Assembly (NCBI GenBank): GCA_041548585.1
Contig: JBFESJ010000002.1
Coordinates: 1 to 49,447 of the forward strand
Length of the DNA stretch: 49,447 nt
Source of the DNA: Desulfobacterales bacterium
Lineage (GTDB): Bacteria; Desulfobacterota; Desulfobacteria; Desulfobacterales; UBA11574
Direction: 5' to 3'
The notes beneath the pieces were generated by a model, which worked only from the letters and a program-made list of their open reading frames with translations, did not search any database and was not told where the DNA came from. The position numbers were made by a program, and so were the translations under genes. Positions 9,092 through 18,885 of the stretch are shown here, piece after piece; positions within the stretch are counted from its first letter, which is position 1, and each line of letters opens with the position of its first letter.

Positions 9092-10242
9092 CGCTCCTCT
9101 TTGGATACCATCGCAGTGACACCATCTTTCATCCCGGCGCGATCCACATTGACCACCACCAGTTCGTCCGGTTTTAGACCGGAAATGACCTCGGTAAAGT
9201 ACCAATTGGAAATTCCGCTTTTGAAAGTGCGTTCTTTGATCACTTTATTGTCAGGGAGATAAACAAAGACTCGATCCCCCTCCAGCACGGCTTCTGTAGG
9301 GATGCGCAACGTGTTTTCCCGAACATCGAGTATGATTTCGACATCTGCACTGTAACCTGCCAGCATTAGCCGGATGTCCTTGGATACGGTGAATTGTACC
9401 TCTACGTCCACGGTTCGGGCTTGCTTTTCGCGATCGAGTACATAGGGGGCGATCCGTCGGACCTTGCCGTCAAAGCGGCGATCACCGAAGGCGTCCAGGC
9501 TTATCCGGGCGGTCATGCCTGGTGCAATGTTGGGAACATCGACCTCATCAATGGGTGCGGTTACATAAAAGCAGGTGTTGTCAATAAGGTCTACCACCGG
9601 CGGAGTGGCAATGCCGATGGGGGATGGTGTTACGTACTCACTCAGCTCGCCGTTGATCTCTGCAACGACACCATCAAAAGGGGCGATAAGGCGGGTTCGG
9701 GCCAGGTTTGCTTTGGCGACGCTGATACGGGCTTCGCTCATAAGGGCGGATGCCTTTGCTGCTTTGTAATCCGCCCTGAGGGCTTTGGCATCGGTAACGG
9801 CCTTGTCTGTTTTCTCTTCAGAAGCTGCGCCTGTGGAACGGAGTTTTACAAGACGGTTGGCTTCCCGCTGGGCGACTTCGGCTTTCAAAAATGCTGCTTT
9901 GGCACGAGCCTTTGCAGCTTCAGCTTCGCTTTTCCTAAGACGAACTTCTGCAACCAAATCCCTGTTCCAGATTTCGAGGAGAAAATCTCCGCCCTTCACC
10001 GTGTCTCCTTCACGGATGGAAAGCTTGGCAATCTGGCCTCCGATACTAGGAGAGAGCTTGGCACGTCGGCAGGCTTTAACGGTTCCCGCACGTGTATTTG
10101 CTACAGTACGTTCCACAATGCCTCGATCCACGGGCTTAAGCAGAACTTCGACAGGCTCCGGACGCGTGAAATGCCAAACGATAACAGCCGCGGCTGCAAT
10201 AACCAAGACCAGAACAATCCAGCGAACATATCGGCGGTTCAT
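9088..10242 (-). CDS. Efflux periplasmic adaptor (HlyD/MacA family membrane fusion protein)
   Basis: N-terminal TM, coiled-coil segment, beta-barrel C-terminal region. Start chosen at MNRRYVRW with GGGG(T)GA upstream. Confidence 0.85.
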   Translation of the reverse strand: MNRRYVRWIVLVLVIAAAAVIVWHFTRPEPVEVLLKPVDRGIVERTVANTRAGTVKACRRAKLSPSIGGQIAKLSIREGDTVKGGDFLLEIWNRDLVAEVRLRKSEAEAAKARAKAAFLKAEVAQREANRLVKLRSTGAASEEKTDKAVTDAKALRADYKAAKASALMSEARISVAKANLARTRLIAPFDGVVAEINGELSEYVTPSPIGIATPPVVDLIDNTCFYVTAPIDEVDVPNIAPGMTARISLDAFGDRRFDGKVRRIAPYVLDREKQARTVDVEVQFTVSKDIRLMLAGYSADVEIILDVRENTLRIPTEAVLEGDRVFVYLPDNKVIKERTFKSGISNWYFTEVISGLKPDELVVVNVDRAGMKDGVTAMVSKEER

Positions 10243-10635
10243 CGAGTCACCCCTTTTGGCTTTATTGTCGTTATAGCAGACCAAAGATGTAGCTCTGCAT
10301 AGGTACAACACTATGAAAAAATATTACAGTATTTTTTCATAAAGGACCTGTAAAAACTCTTTACTTATTTTGCAACTTGCTGATTCAATTACATAACTGT
10401 TTAGAATAACCGGCAGGAGAATGATGAGACAGCAAGTTTCGCTCCCATATTTATATGGGTGTTCATTTTATAATGATGTTTTTATCTGATGTTAGCAGTT
10501 GTTAAACTATCCCAATTTTACAACCTGTAAAAAAAACTGACATTATAAGTCGAAATAGAAAATAACAGTCGTTTAAAACAACACGCAATTTAAATTAAAT
10601 CAATATGTTAGAAGATATTTTATTCAAAATTTATT

Positions 10636-10651
10636 TGGCTCGGTTATTGCT
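10636..10651 (+). promoter_or_regulatory. Sigma-54 (-24/-12) promoter candidate
   Basis: TGGCTCGGTTATTGCT against consensus TGGCACG-N4-TTGCW, with correct GG/GC spacing. Lies 328 nt upstream of the phosphoesterase start. Confidence 0.5.
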
Positions 10652-10977
10652 TTATGGATCACTAGAAGCAACATGAGCTTCAAAAATATTTTGCGACTCG
10701 AATATCAGCAAAATCCCTTCATTTTAAAAATTGACATGAAAGGAGGTGGTTTTTCGCACTGGTCAATAAATCCAGCCCATTGATTTTTTACACGGGGGCT
10801 CGAAAAATCAAAGTTTATTGTTTTGTAACGTAAGTTTTCGTCAAAATCAAAGAAATTGCTTGATAGTTGTTCCTCTAATTAGATAATAATATTATAGGTG
10901 TTATTTGTTAAATTGAGGGAAAGAAGGGGTGAATGTGTTACGTTTCAAAATAAACAACAGCATTGAAGGAGGTTAAC

Positions 10978-12012
10978 ATGTCAATAAAAAATAAAAAATT
11001 ATTCGTATTCGCGTTTACCGCATTATTGGTGCTGTTTGTGTTCACATCGGGCTATGCTTTCAAAACCGTAAAATTTGCAGTGATCACCGATACCCATATG
11101 GCCCTTTATGGGGAAGATGGTATGAAGATGGGCGCTTCGAGCACGAAGATCGTTGAAAATACCGTGAAGGCCTTGAACAAGATGGTTGATCTGGATTTTG
11201 TTGTGGTAACAGGAGACCTTCTTTTGGATGGAGAGCCGTGGAATCTGGATTTGATCAAATCTTATCTGGATGAATTGAAGGCGCCATATTATGTGATCGC
11301 CGGAAATCACGACCAAGCCATATCCAAGCAGGCAAAACCGGGTCAGGCCCCATATGTCGGCATCAGCAGGAGTACATTGGTCTGGGCCTTCCAAGGCCAT
11401 GGTTACGATGGGGGTAATGCTTACTGGGGTGCAGATCCCGTGCCAGGACTTCACATCATCGGGCTTGACTCCAACATATCCACCGGCTGGGGCGGAACGA
11501 TCCCTCCATCTGAAATAAGGTGGCTGGAAGAAGAGCTTTCCGCAAATCGGGACAAAGTCAACCTTTTGTTTTGTCACCACAATTTTGTTGCCTGGAGTAA
11601 AGACGATGAGCCCGGCGGGAAATTTGATCAGTTCCAGGTGGATAACGCCACTGAAGTCAGAAAGGTCTTGGAAAAATATACCCCCGGTTTGCAACTTGTG
11701 TTGACCGGACATCGTCACATTGGTCTGCGCCATAAAAAAGTCAATGGGATAACCTACATTGTCCACCCCGCTGCTGTCTCTTACCCCAACCAATATACGT
11801 TGTATACACTGACCCCGACCAGCGCTGAATATGAAACAAAATGGGTTCCCATTGAAAAAAAGATTATTGACACCGGCAAGGCAAATTTGCTGAAGGACAA
11901 ATGGTGGAGCCCGACGGGTGCGACAGATGAGCAGATGTTAGAGTTTTTTGAGGGACCCGGCGATGTATTGAAAAAGGGAACCCTGCAGCTCAAACCCGTT
12001 GTAGCCAAATAA
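10978..12012 (+). CDS. Secreted calcineurin-like metallophosphoesterase
   Basis: GGAGG RBS before ATG 10978. Signal peptide; motifs DTHM, GDLLLDG, GNHD, CHHN, GHRH. Confidence 0.8.
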   Translation: MSIKNKKLFVFAFTALLVLFVFTSGYAFKTVKFAVITDTHMALYGEDGMKMGASSTKIVENTVKALNKMVDLDFVVVTGDLLLDGEPWNLDLIKSYLDELKAPYYVIAGNHDQAISKQAKPGQAPYVGISRSTLVWAFQGHGYDGGNAYWGADPVPGLHIIGLDSNISTGWGGTIPPSEIRWLEEELSANRDKVNLLFCHHNFVAWSKDDEPGGKFDQFQVDNATEVRKVLEKYTPGLQLVLTGHRHIGLRHKKVNGITYIVHPAAVSYPNQYTLYTLTPTSAEYETKWVPIEKKIIDTGKANLLKDKWWSPTGATDEQMLEFFEGPGDVLKKGTLQLKPVVAK

Positions 12013-12040
12013 TAAGATGGCATCTTATTTGAGATTTTTT
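12011..12040 (+). terminator. AT-rich hairpin plus T-run (terminator candidate)
   Basis: AATAAGAT-GGC-ATCTTATT followed by TGAGATTTTTT. A second 9-bp stem lies at 12053-12089. Confidence 0.4.
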
Positions 12041-12139
12041 AGGCAATATGAAAAGGGCAACTTTTGAAATTTCATTGAGGGTTGCCCTTGCTGCTTCGGA
12101 TTCGGGTTCTTTGGGTTTTATTAAAGGAGGGGAACAGAG

Positions 12140-13465
12140 ATGATAAACGTTAAAAAACTTCCAATTTCAATTATTTTGAGCGTATGTGTTGCCGCCGCTT
12201 ATTTGGGATTATTCCCCCGAACTTCCCATGCAGTCACAAAAATTACCTTTTGGCATGCCATGAGCGGAAAAAGGCTTCCGGCAGTTGAAAAGATTGTCAA
12301 CGGCTTTAATGAAGCTCATCCGGACATTAAAGTTGAGGCCCAATTCATGGGAAAGTATAAGGAGGTTATTTCAAAGACCATTGCTGCAGTAAAGGCCGGA
12401 AGACCACCGCACATCTGTCAAGCCTATGAGGTGGGGCTTCAGACCATGCTCGACAGCGGTGTCATCGTTCCTGTCTATGAACTCTTCAAGCCCGGAGAGG
12501 TTGACTTTGGTGATGTAGTAGGCCCCATCAGAGATTACTATTCCGTGGGTGGGGAACTTTACTCCATGCCCTTCAATTCTTCCACCGCAATTGTATACTA
12601 CAATAAAACGCTATTTAAAAAAGCGGGTCTCGATCCAAACAGGCCACCAACGACATACAGTGATATTGAAAAAATGGGGAAAAAACTGATCGATTCCGGG
12701 GTCGTACCCAATGCTTTTTCCACGGGATGGCCGTCCTGGATTATGGAACAGGCCCATGCGTATCACAGTCAATTTTACGCCAACAATAGAAATGGCAGAA
12801 CAGCAAGGGCAACAGGATTATGCATTAACCGGGAATTTGGAGTCAAATATGTGGAAACCATGTCACGCTTTGCCAAAGAAAAGATTTACATCTATGGCGG
12901 AAGAGAATATTCGGCCAATAAGGCTTTTTTGGCACAGCAGATCGCAATGCTCATACAGTCCACTTCTTCCGTGGGTTCTATGGAAGATGCCGCAAAGGGA
13001 AGGTTTGAAATAGGAACGACCTTCCTTCCCAGATTTGAAAATTATCCCAGAGGCAATTCAGTAATCGGGGGCGCAACGTTATGGGTTCTGAAGGGACATC
13101 CGAAAAAAGACTACGATGCCATAAAGGCCTTCCTCAAATGGACCTTACGGCCGGAAGTCGCCATGCAATGGCACAAGGATACAGGATATTTCCCTGTAAC
13201 AAACAGTGCCTTAAAACGCTTGATGGATGAAGGCTGGTTTTCCGAACACCCCAATCATCTGACAGCCTTTTTACAGATATTGTCCGGTGTAAAAAATCCG
13301 GAGTCTCAAGGGGTCCGACTGGGGAATTTTGTTGAGATTCGGAACATTGTTCAAACCGCTCTTGAAAAGTCTTTTGCAGGGTCCGCATCCCCTAAGAATG
13401 CCCTCGACGAGGCCGCAAAGGAGGCAAACCGGGTTTTGAAGCAATATACAGAACTCTATCAATAG
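12140..13465 (+). CDS. ugpB: sn-Glycerol-3-phosphate ABC transporter substrate-binding protein
   Basis: 441 aa with a signal peptide. Blocks recalled from E. coli UgpB: PFNSST..YYNK..FKKAGLDP, IGGA.LWV, WH..TGY.P.T, G.RLGN...IR. Confidence 0.85.
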   Translation: MINVKKLPISIILSVCVAAAYLGLFPRTSHAVTKITFWHAMSGKRLPAVEKIVNGFNEAHPDIKVEAQFMGKYKEVISKTIAAVKAGRPPHICQAYEVGLQTMLDSGVIVPVYELFKPGEVDFGDVVGPIRDYYSVGGELYSMPFNSSTAIVYYNKTLFKKAGLDPNRPPTTYSDIEKMGKKLIDSGVVPNAFSTGWPSWIMEQAHAYHSQFYANNRNGRTARATGLCINREFGVKYVETMSRFAKEKIYIYGGREYSANKAFLAQQIAMLIQSTSSVGSMEDAAKGRFEIGTTFLPRFENYPRGNSVIGGATLWVLKGHPKKDYDAIKAFLKWTLRPEVAMQWHKDTGYFPVTNSALKRLMDEGWFSEHPNHLTAFLQILSGVKNPESQGVRLGNFVEIRNIVQTALEKSFAGSASPKNALDEAAKEANRVLKQYTELYQ

Positions 13466-13478
13466 ACAATGAGGGGAT

Positions 13479-14405
13479 TTGTGGGAAGGTTCCTTGGTGG
13501 ACCTTCCCCAACACAGGTTAAATATGGTTACCCGATTTCCAAATAAAATACTTCCCTATCTTCTTCTTTTACCTTCTATCGTCGTCGTTATTGTCTTTCT
13601 TATTATCCCTTCGATACAATCCTTTTATCTGAGTTTGTTCAGGGTGTCGCCTTTTGGCGATGTTCTGATTTATAAGGGATTTTCTAATTTTGTTGCGCTA
13701 CTAAAAGAACCCGGATATCTCAATAGTCTTATACGGACGCTTGTTTTCACCTCTTTCATCGTCCTGGTGGGACTGACGGTTTCTCTTTGTCTGGCACTGC
13801 TTGCGAATTTGAAAATTAGGGGTGCAGGAGTATATCGAATCGCCCTTATCTGGCCGTATGCGTTATCCCCGGCCGTGGCAGGGACGATATGGGCGCTTCT
13901 CTTTGATCCCGCTACCGGCGCAATCATCTATTTTTTAAAATTAATCACCGGACATACGTATAACTGGATGACCAGTGGAACGTTGGCCCTTTTCATTGTC
14001 ACATCTGCAGCAACGTGGAAAATGCTTGGATATAATGTGATCTTTTTCCTTGCCGGTTTGCAAAATATTCCCCAAGAATTAAATGAAGCGGCAAGCATAG
14101 ACGGCGCGAGCGGAATGAGGCGTTTTTGGAAAGTAACCTTTCCCATGCTGTCACCCATGACGTTTTTTCTTTTTATCATGAATTCTCTTTACGGCTTCTT
14201 CGAAGTCTTCGGTCTCATTGACGTCATGACACAAGGCGGACCAGGAAGAGCCACAAATATTCTTGTTTATAAATTATATGAAGACGGCTTTGTTAATTTT
14301 CGAACCGGCTTTGCCTCGGCGCAGTCTATCGTCCTGTTTGTCTTTGTGGCCATTTTGACGGTATTGCAGTTTCGTTATGCAAAAAGATGGGTGTTTTACC
14401 GGTAA
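13479..14405 (+). CDS. ugpA: Sugar/glycerol-3-phosphate ABC permease
   Basis: MalF/UgpA-type 6-TM permease with EAA loop (EAASIDGAS..RFW.VTFP). Start is either GTG 13479 (GAGGGGA RBS) or ATG 13524. Confidence 0.8.
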   Translation: MWEGSLVDLPQHRLNMVTRFPNKILPYLLLLPSIVVVIVFLIIPSIQSFYLSLFRVSPFGDVLIYKGFSNFVALLKEPGYLNSLIRTLVFTSFIVLVGLTVSLCLALLANLKIRGAGVYRIALIWPYALSPAVAGTIWALLFDPATGAIIYFLKLITGHTYNWMTSGTLALFIVTSAATWKMLGYNVIFFLAGLQNIPQELNEAASIDGASGMRRFWKVTFPMLSPMTFFLFIMNSLYGFFEVFGLIDVMTQGGPGRATNILVYKLYEDGFVNFRTGFASAQSIVLFVFVAILTVLQFRYAKRWVFYR

Positions 14406-14426
14406 ATTTTTGGATGGGTTTTTCGA

Positions 14427-15257
14427 ATGCGGTACTCTAGAGGATTTAAAATTTTTGCACACGTCACCTTGATTGTCGGCATTCTAATCATCGTTTTCCC
14501 GGTCGTCTTTGCTTTTATCGTTAGCACGCACACCTTCCAGGATTCTTTCGTTTTCCCGCCAAAATTCCACCCCGGCACCAACATCATCCACAATTATGCG
14601 ACGGCGTGGAGCAGGGTAAATATGGGCAGACTGCTCTTTAACAGCACATTCATGTCGATTTCGGTGTCGGCCGGGAAGATCGTTCTTTCCATGCTTGCGG
14701 CCTTTGCATTTACATATTTCGGCGAATTCAGAGGGAAGCATCTCTTTTTCATCTTAATCCTGGTCACACATATGCTCCCTTTACCCATTCGAATTGTGCC
14801 CACTTTTGAGCTAATGGACAACTTCGGCTGGATCAATACTTACTATGCACTGACAATTCCTTTTTTTGCAAGTGCCACTGGAATGCTTCTGTTCAGACAG
14901 TTTTTCCTTACGGTACCGACCGATCTTTGCGACGCTGCAAGAATGGACGGGGCAGGACCGTTCAATTTTTTGTGGAAGGTTCTCTTCCCTTTATCTCGAA
15001 CAAATATGATGGCGCTTTTCATGATCGAATTCATCTACATGTGGAATCAGTATCTTTGGCCTCTGATTGTTACCAACTCCAATGAGATGAGGGTTGTTCA
15101 GATCGGTATAAAGATGCTGCTGGCCGGAGAGGAACAAGCCGCAGAGTGGAATGTAATTATGGCCGGAACCATCATTGTGATGATTCCTCCCTTGATCATT
15201 CTCTTTTTACTACAAAGAACTTTTGTTAAGGGATTTGCGATGCGGCAGGAAAAATAG
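14427..15257 (+). CDS. ugpE: Sugar/glycerol-3-phosphate ABC permease
   Basis: MalG/UgpE-type permease with EAA loop (DAARMDGAGPFNF.WKV.FPLS). Confidence 0.8.
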   Translation: MRYSRGFKIFAHVTLIVGILIIVFPVVFAFIVSTHTFQDSFVFPPKFHPGTNIIHNYATAWSRVNMGRLLFNSTFMSISVSAGKIVLSMLAAFAFTYFGEFRGKHLFFILILVTHMLPLPIRIVPTFELMDNFGWINTYYALTIPFFASATGMLLFRQFFLTVPTDLCDAARMDGAGPFNFLWKVLFPLSRTNMMALFMIEFIYMWNQYLWPLIVTNSNEMRVVQIGIKMLLAGEEQAAEWNVIMAGTIIVMIPPLIILFLLQRTFVKGFAMRQEK

Positions 15258-15281
15258 TTCATCTAAAAATGGTTGAGGAAT

Positions 15282-16382
15282 ATGGCACAGATAGGCTTGA
15301 ACAATGTGAACAAAAAATTCGGAACAAATTGGGTTGTTCGGGATTTCAATTTGAAGGTCGAGGACAAGGAATTTGTCGTCCTGGTGGGCCCTTCCGGATG
15401 CGGTAAGACCACCACACTTCGAATGATTGCCGGACTCGAAGAGGTTACGGAGGGCGAGATCTTTATCGGTGAAAAAATGGTGAATCATCTTCCGCCAAAG
15501 GATCGGGATATCGCCATGGTATTCCAAAGCTACGCACTATATCCTCACATGAATGTCTTCAACAATATGGCGTTTGGTTTACAGAATAGAAAATTCCCCA
15601 AGCACGAAATTAAACGACGGGTCACAGAAGCTTCCGAAGTACTGGGCATCCGTGAACTCTTAAAACGGAAGCCAGGGGAGTTATCCGGGGGTCAACGGCA
15701 GAGGGTGGCGATGGGAAGGGCCATTGTTCGAAAACCTCAGGCCTTTCTCTTCGACGAGCCGCTGAGCAATCTGGATGCCAAACTGAGAGTTCAGATGCGG
15801 GCGGAATTGAGCAAACTCCACGAAAGGCTTAAAACGACCATCGTTTACGTCACCCATGATCAGGTTGAGGCCATGACCCTTGCCAGTCGAATCATTATCA
15901 TGAATGAGGGGCGGATTATGCAGGCCGGAAAGCCATTGGAAGTCTACGAAAACCCCAAAAATAGTTTTGTCGCCGGATTTATCGGCAGCCCTTCAATGAA
16001 TTTTATTGAAACAAAACTGGTGGAGGATGCCGGACGATTTTACGTGGACGCAGAGGGTTTTCGTTTGGTCATACCGAAGAATTTGGAAAGCAGATATCGA
16101 TCTCACATAAATGAAAAGGTCGTTTTCGGAATCAGGCCCGAACATATCAACGACAGCTTTTTCGTGAATGATATTCATGGAAGGGATGAAGTAAAAGCGA
16201 TGGTGGATGTCGTAGAGCCTATAGGATCAGAAGTAATTTTGATCGTTACCATCGGGGAACATCGGATGACAGCAAAGGTAGACCCGCGTACGAAGGCGAC
16301 CGTCAACCAGGCCATAAGACTTAATGTTGACATGAAAAAAATGCATATTTTCGACAGGAAAACCAAAGCGGTTATCCGTTAA
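15282..16382 (+). CDS. ugpC: Sugar/glycerol-3-phosphate ABC ATPase (MalK/UgpC family)
   Basis: MAQIGLNNVNKKFG N-terminus, Walker A GPSGCGKTT, LSGGQRQRVA, FDEPLSNLD, C-terminal TOBE-like domain. Confidence 0.85.
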   Translation: MAQIGLNNVNKKFGTNWVVRDFNLKVEDKEFVVLVGPSGCGKTTTLRMIAGLEEVTEGEIFIGEKMVNHLPPKDRDIAMVFQSYALYPHMNVFNNMAFGLQNRKFPKHEIKRRVTEASEVLGIRELLKRKPGELSGGQRQRVAMGRAIVRKPQAFLFDEPLSNLDAKLRVQMRAELSKLHERLKTTIVYVTHDQVEAMTLASRIIIMNEGRIMQAGKPLEVYENPKNSFVAGFIGSPSMNFIETKLVEDAGRFYVDAEGFRLVIPKNLESRYRSHINEKVVFGIRPEHINDSFFVNDIHGRDEVKAMVDVVEPIGSEVILIVTIGEHRMTAKVDPRTKATVNQAIRLNVDMKKMHIFDRKTKAVIR

Positions 16383-16459
16383 TCAAAGATGAAAGCGTTA
16401 CGGTATTTGAAAGGAAAAGGCATTTTTGAAACTAAAAGACGGATAAATAATACTTAACC

Positions 16460-17266
16460 ATGAAACCGTTTGAACAATTTCCGAAACATTATAAAAAAAA
16501 TATCCGCTACATTCTGACGGATATTGACGACACCCTTACCATCAAAGGACACCTTCCTGCGGAAGTTTTTTACGCCATGGAACGGCTGCAAGAGATTGGT
16601 ATTCGAGTTGTTCTCATTACCGGGCGTCCGGCCGGATGGTGCGACCATATGGCACGCATGTGGCCGGTGGACGGGCTGGTGGGAGAAAATGGAGCGTTTT
16701 ACTTTTTTTATGACATTCAACAAAAAAAAATGATCAGGCGCTACTGGAAATCGGAAAAGGAACGTGCAGCGGACCGGCGAAAACTTGAAAAAATAAAGCA
16801 TGAAATCTTAAGAAAAATACCGGATTGTCGGGTGGCATCGGATCAGGCTTATAGAGAGGCGGACCTGGCCATCGATTTTTGTGAGGATGTTCCCCCTGTT
16901 CCCATGGAAGATGTAGAGGAAATCGTTCGATGCTTTACAAGAGCCGGTGCACGTGCGAAAATAAGCTCCATCCATGTCAACGGATGGTTCGGAGACTACG
17001 ACAAGCTCGCCATGACCCGTATGCTCTTTAAGGAAGTTTTTAAGAAGGAACTGGATAAAATTAAAGAACACGTCATTTTCATAGGAGATTCCCCAAATGA
17101 TGCCCCAATGTTTGATTATTTTCCCAATTCGGTTGGCGTGGCCAATATATTGCGTTTTAAAAATAAAATAGATCCTAAACCGGCCTGGATAACGAACAAT
17201 GAGGGCGGTTATGGATTTGCGGAAATGGTGGATACTCTCCTTTCATCATCGGTCGAAATTCCATAA
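16460..17266 (+). CDS. HAD-IIB family phosphatase
   Basis: Motif I DIDDTLT, motif IV GDSPNDAPMF, cap domain between them. Co-oriented with ugp. Confidence 0.75.
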   Translation: MKPFEQFPKHYKKNIRYILTDIDDTLTIKGHLPAEVFYAMERLQEIGIRVVLITGRPAGWCDHMARMWPVDGLVGENGAFYFFYDIQQKKMIRRYWKSEKERAADRRKLEKIKHEILRKIPDCRVASDQAYREADLAIDFCEDVPPVPMEDVEEIVRCFTRAGARAKISSIHVNGWFGDYDKLAMTRMLFKEVFKKELDKIKEHVIFIGDSPNDAPMFDYFPNSVGVANILRFKNKIDPKPAWITNNEGGYGFAEMVDTLLSSSVEIP

Positions 17267-17485
17267 AATCCACTTCAAATAATACTAAAGAAAGTGTATG
17301 CTGTTTCTGACGCTTGAAGAAAAATCAAATTGAGATAGTTGGGCACGTCCATTGGAATTTTGGTTGGTTGAATTGGGTGTCGGTCCAAAAAAGACGTTGG
17401 CATCATAAACAAATTAATATTTGTGTAAATCCACCCCGGCGCGTTTCAATTTAGGGGCTGTTGGCCAAATCACTAAGGTGTCTGA

Positions 17486-18130
17486 ATGATCAAAAATTAC
17501 AAGGAGACCGGACTGAAGATTCGAATGCGCCAGGTTGGCCCATGGGGTCTGAATGCTTATGCACTGGTTTGTACAGAAACACGGAAAAGTGTCCTTATCG
17601 ACCCTGGGGCAGAGCCAGAGGCATTGGCGAAAATGCTTGAAAAAAGTGATCCCGTGGCAATAATACTGACCCACACCCACTCCGATCACATGGGGTCGTT
17701 GGCCCAAATGCGACAACGACTCAAGGTGCCGCTAATGGCCCATCCCGGACCTCACGCTGGGGTTATGAATTTGGACGCCGACCGCTGGCTCACCCATGGC
17801 AGCAGGGTTAACATCGGCAATTATCAAATAAACGTATATCATACACCCGGCCACACGGATGATCAAATATCTCTGGTGGATGAGGTCCATCATTACGCCA
17901 TTGTCGGAGATACGATTTTCGACGGTGGCCCTGGCAAAACATGGTCTGAAGAGGGATTCCGGGTGACCCTGGAAACATTACGAAACATCGTATTGTCCTG
18001 GCCGGACGAGACCATTTGCTATCCAGGTCACGGCCTTTCATTTTGCCTGGGGGATAAGCGCCGGGATATCGAAGCATTTCTAAATAAAGATCATGGATTA
18101 TTTTTTGGGGATGCAACGTGGGCTATGTAG
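17486..18130 (+). CDS. MBL-fold metallo-hydrolase (glyoxalase-II-like)
   Basis: THTHSDH metal motif, HTPGHT, and a later GH. Confidence 0.8.
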   Translation: MIKNYKETGLKIRMRQVGPWGLNAYALVCTETRKSVLIDPGAEPEALAKMLEKSDPVAIILTHTHSDHMGSLAQMRQRLKVPLMAHPGPHAGVMNLDADRWLTHGSRVNIGNYQINVYHTPGHTDDQISLVDEVHHYAIVGDTIFDGGPGKTWSEEGFRVTLETLRNIVLSWPDETICYPGHGLSFCLGDKRRDIEAFLNKDHGLFFGDATWAM

Positions 18131-18494
18131 CCCGATGGTTGTATTGGATCCGCATCCTCAAATCGCGATGATGATCTGGCAACGGTCAAACAAAGGATTC
18201 GCTTGACTTGACGGATGCTTTTTGAAGTTCCTGCCGATTTTGGGGTGTAGGCTTTGAGGTTTATAAAAGAAGTGTTCTCCGGTTTTATCTAAAATTCATA
18301 TCATACGGATCAAACTGATCCCACCATCCTCATCTTCATATACTCGCTTAATACCACCGAATGTGTCAGACTTTTTTACAATGTGAAAAGATTGAAAACT
18401 TAGAATTGATTTCGCAACCGAGTATCACCATTTAAAATTACGACAACTTTTTAAAATATCAGCTTTTATTAAAAAATATCTTGGACATTTTAGA

Positions 18495-18510
18495 TGGCAC
18501 GTAATTTGCT
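18495..18510 (+). promoter_or_regulatory. Sigma-54 (-24/-12) promoter
   Basis: TGGCACGTAATTTGCT is a full match to TGGCACG-N4-TTGCW. Lies about 375 nt upstream of ATG 18886. Confidence 0.65.
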
Positions 18511-18885
18511 CTAACTTGTGAATATATGGTGTAAATCCTTTTTTCTAAAATGACCAAGAGAGATCCGCACGCTATTTCCATTGTCTGGTGTATAAGTCAA
18601 TCCGCTAATTTTCTTGTGGTAACCTTTTGGGTTTCATTTTTCAATTCTATAGGAGAAGTTTTCGGGGCGTTTCTATAAAAATACGTAATTTGGAAACTCT
18701 CCACTTAAGGGGAACGGGCACCATATTTTTGTCCCAATTATGGGTCGGATGACAACTGGTGTATGGTTGAAATGTTGAGGGATGTCAGGAAATCAGGCAG
18801 CAAACAGAGAAAAATAAACTTCAACCTGTAGCATCTGGAGGAACTGACCTCTTCAACCCAAATAATCAATGAAAGGAGGGTGAAA

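Noticed and set aside
9394-10302. 302-aa ORF antisense to the HlyD-family adaptor gene
   Set aside because: No motifs. It overlaps a well-supported operon gene and is a composition artefact.
7204-10311. N-terminal extensions of three efflux-operon ORFs as given in the track (ends 8496, 9205, 10311)
   Set aside because: The extensions overlap the preceding gene by 80-120 nt and encode non-conserved Arg/Gly-rich sequence. Internal ATGs give ATGA or short-gap coupling and sensible N-termini.
11023-11793. 256-aa ORF antisense to the secreted phosphoesterase gene
   Set aside because: Same reasoning: the sense frame carries the conserved metal-binding motifs, a signal peptide and an RBS.
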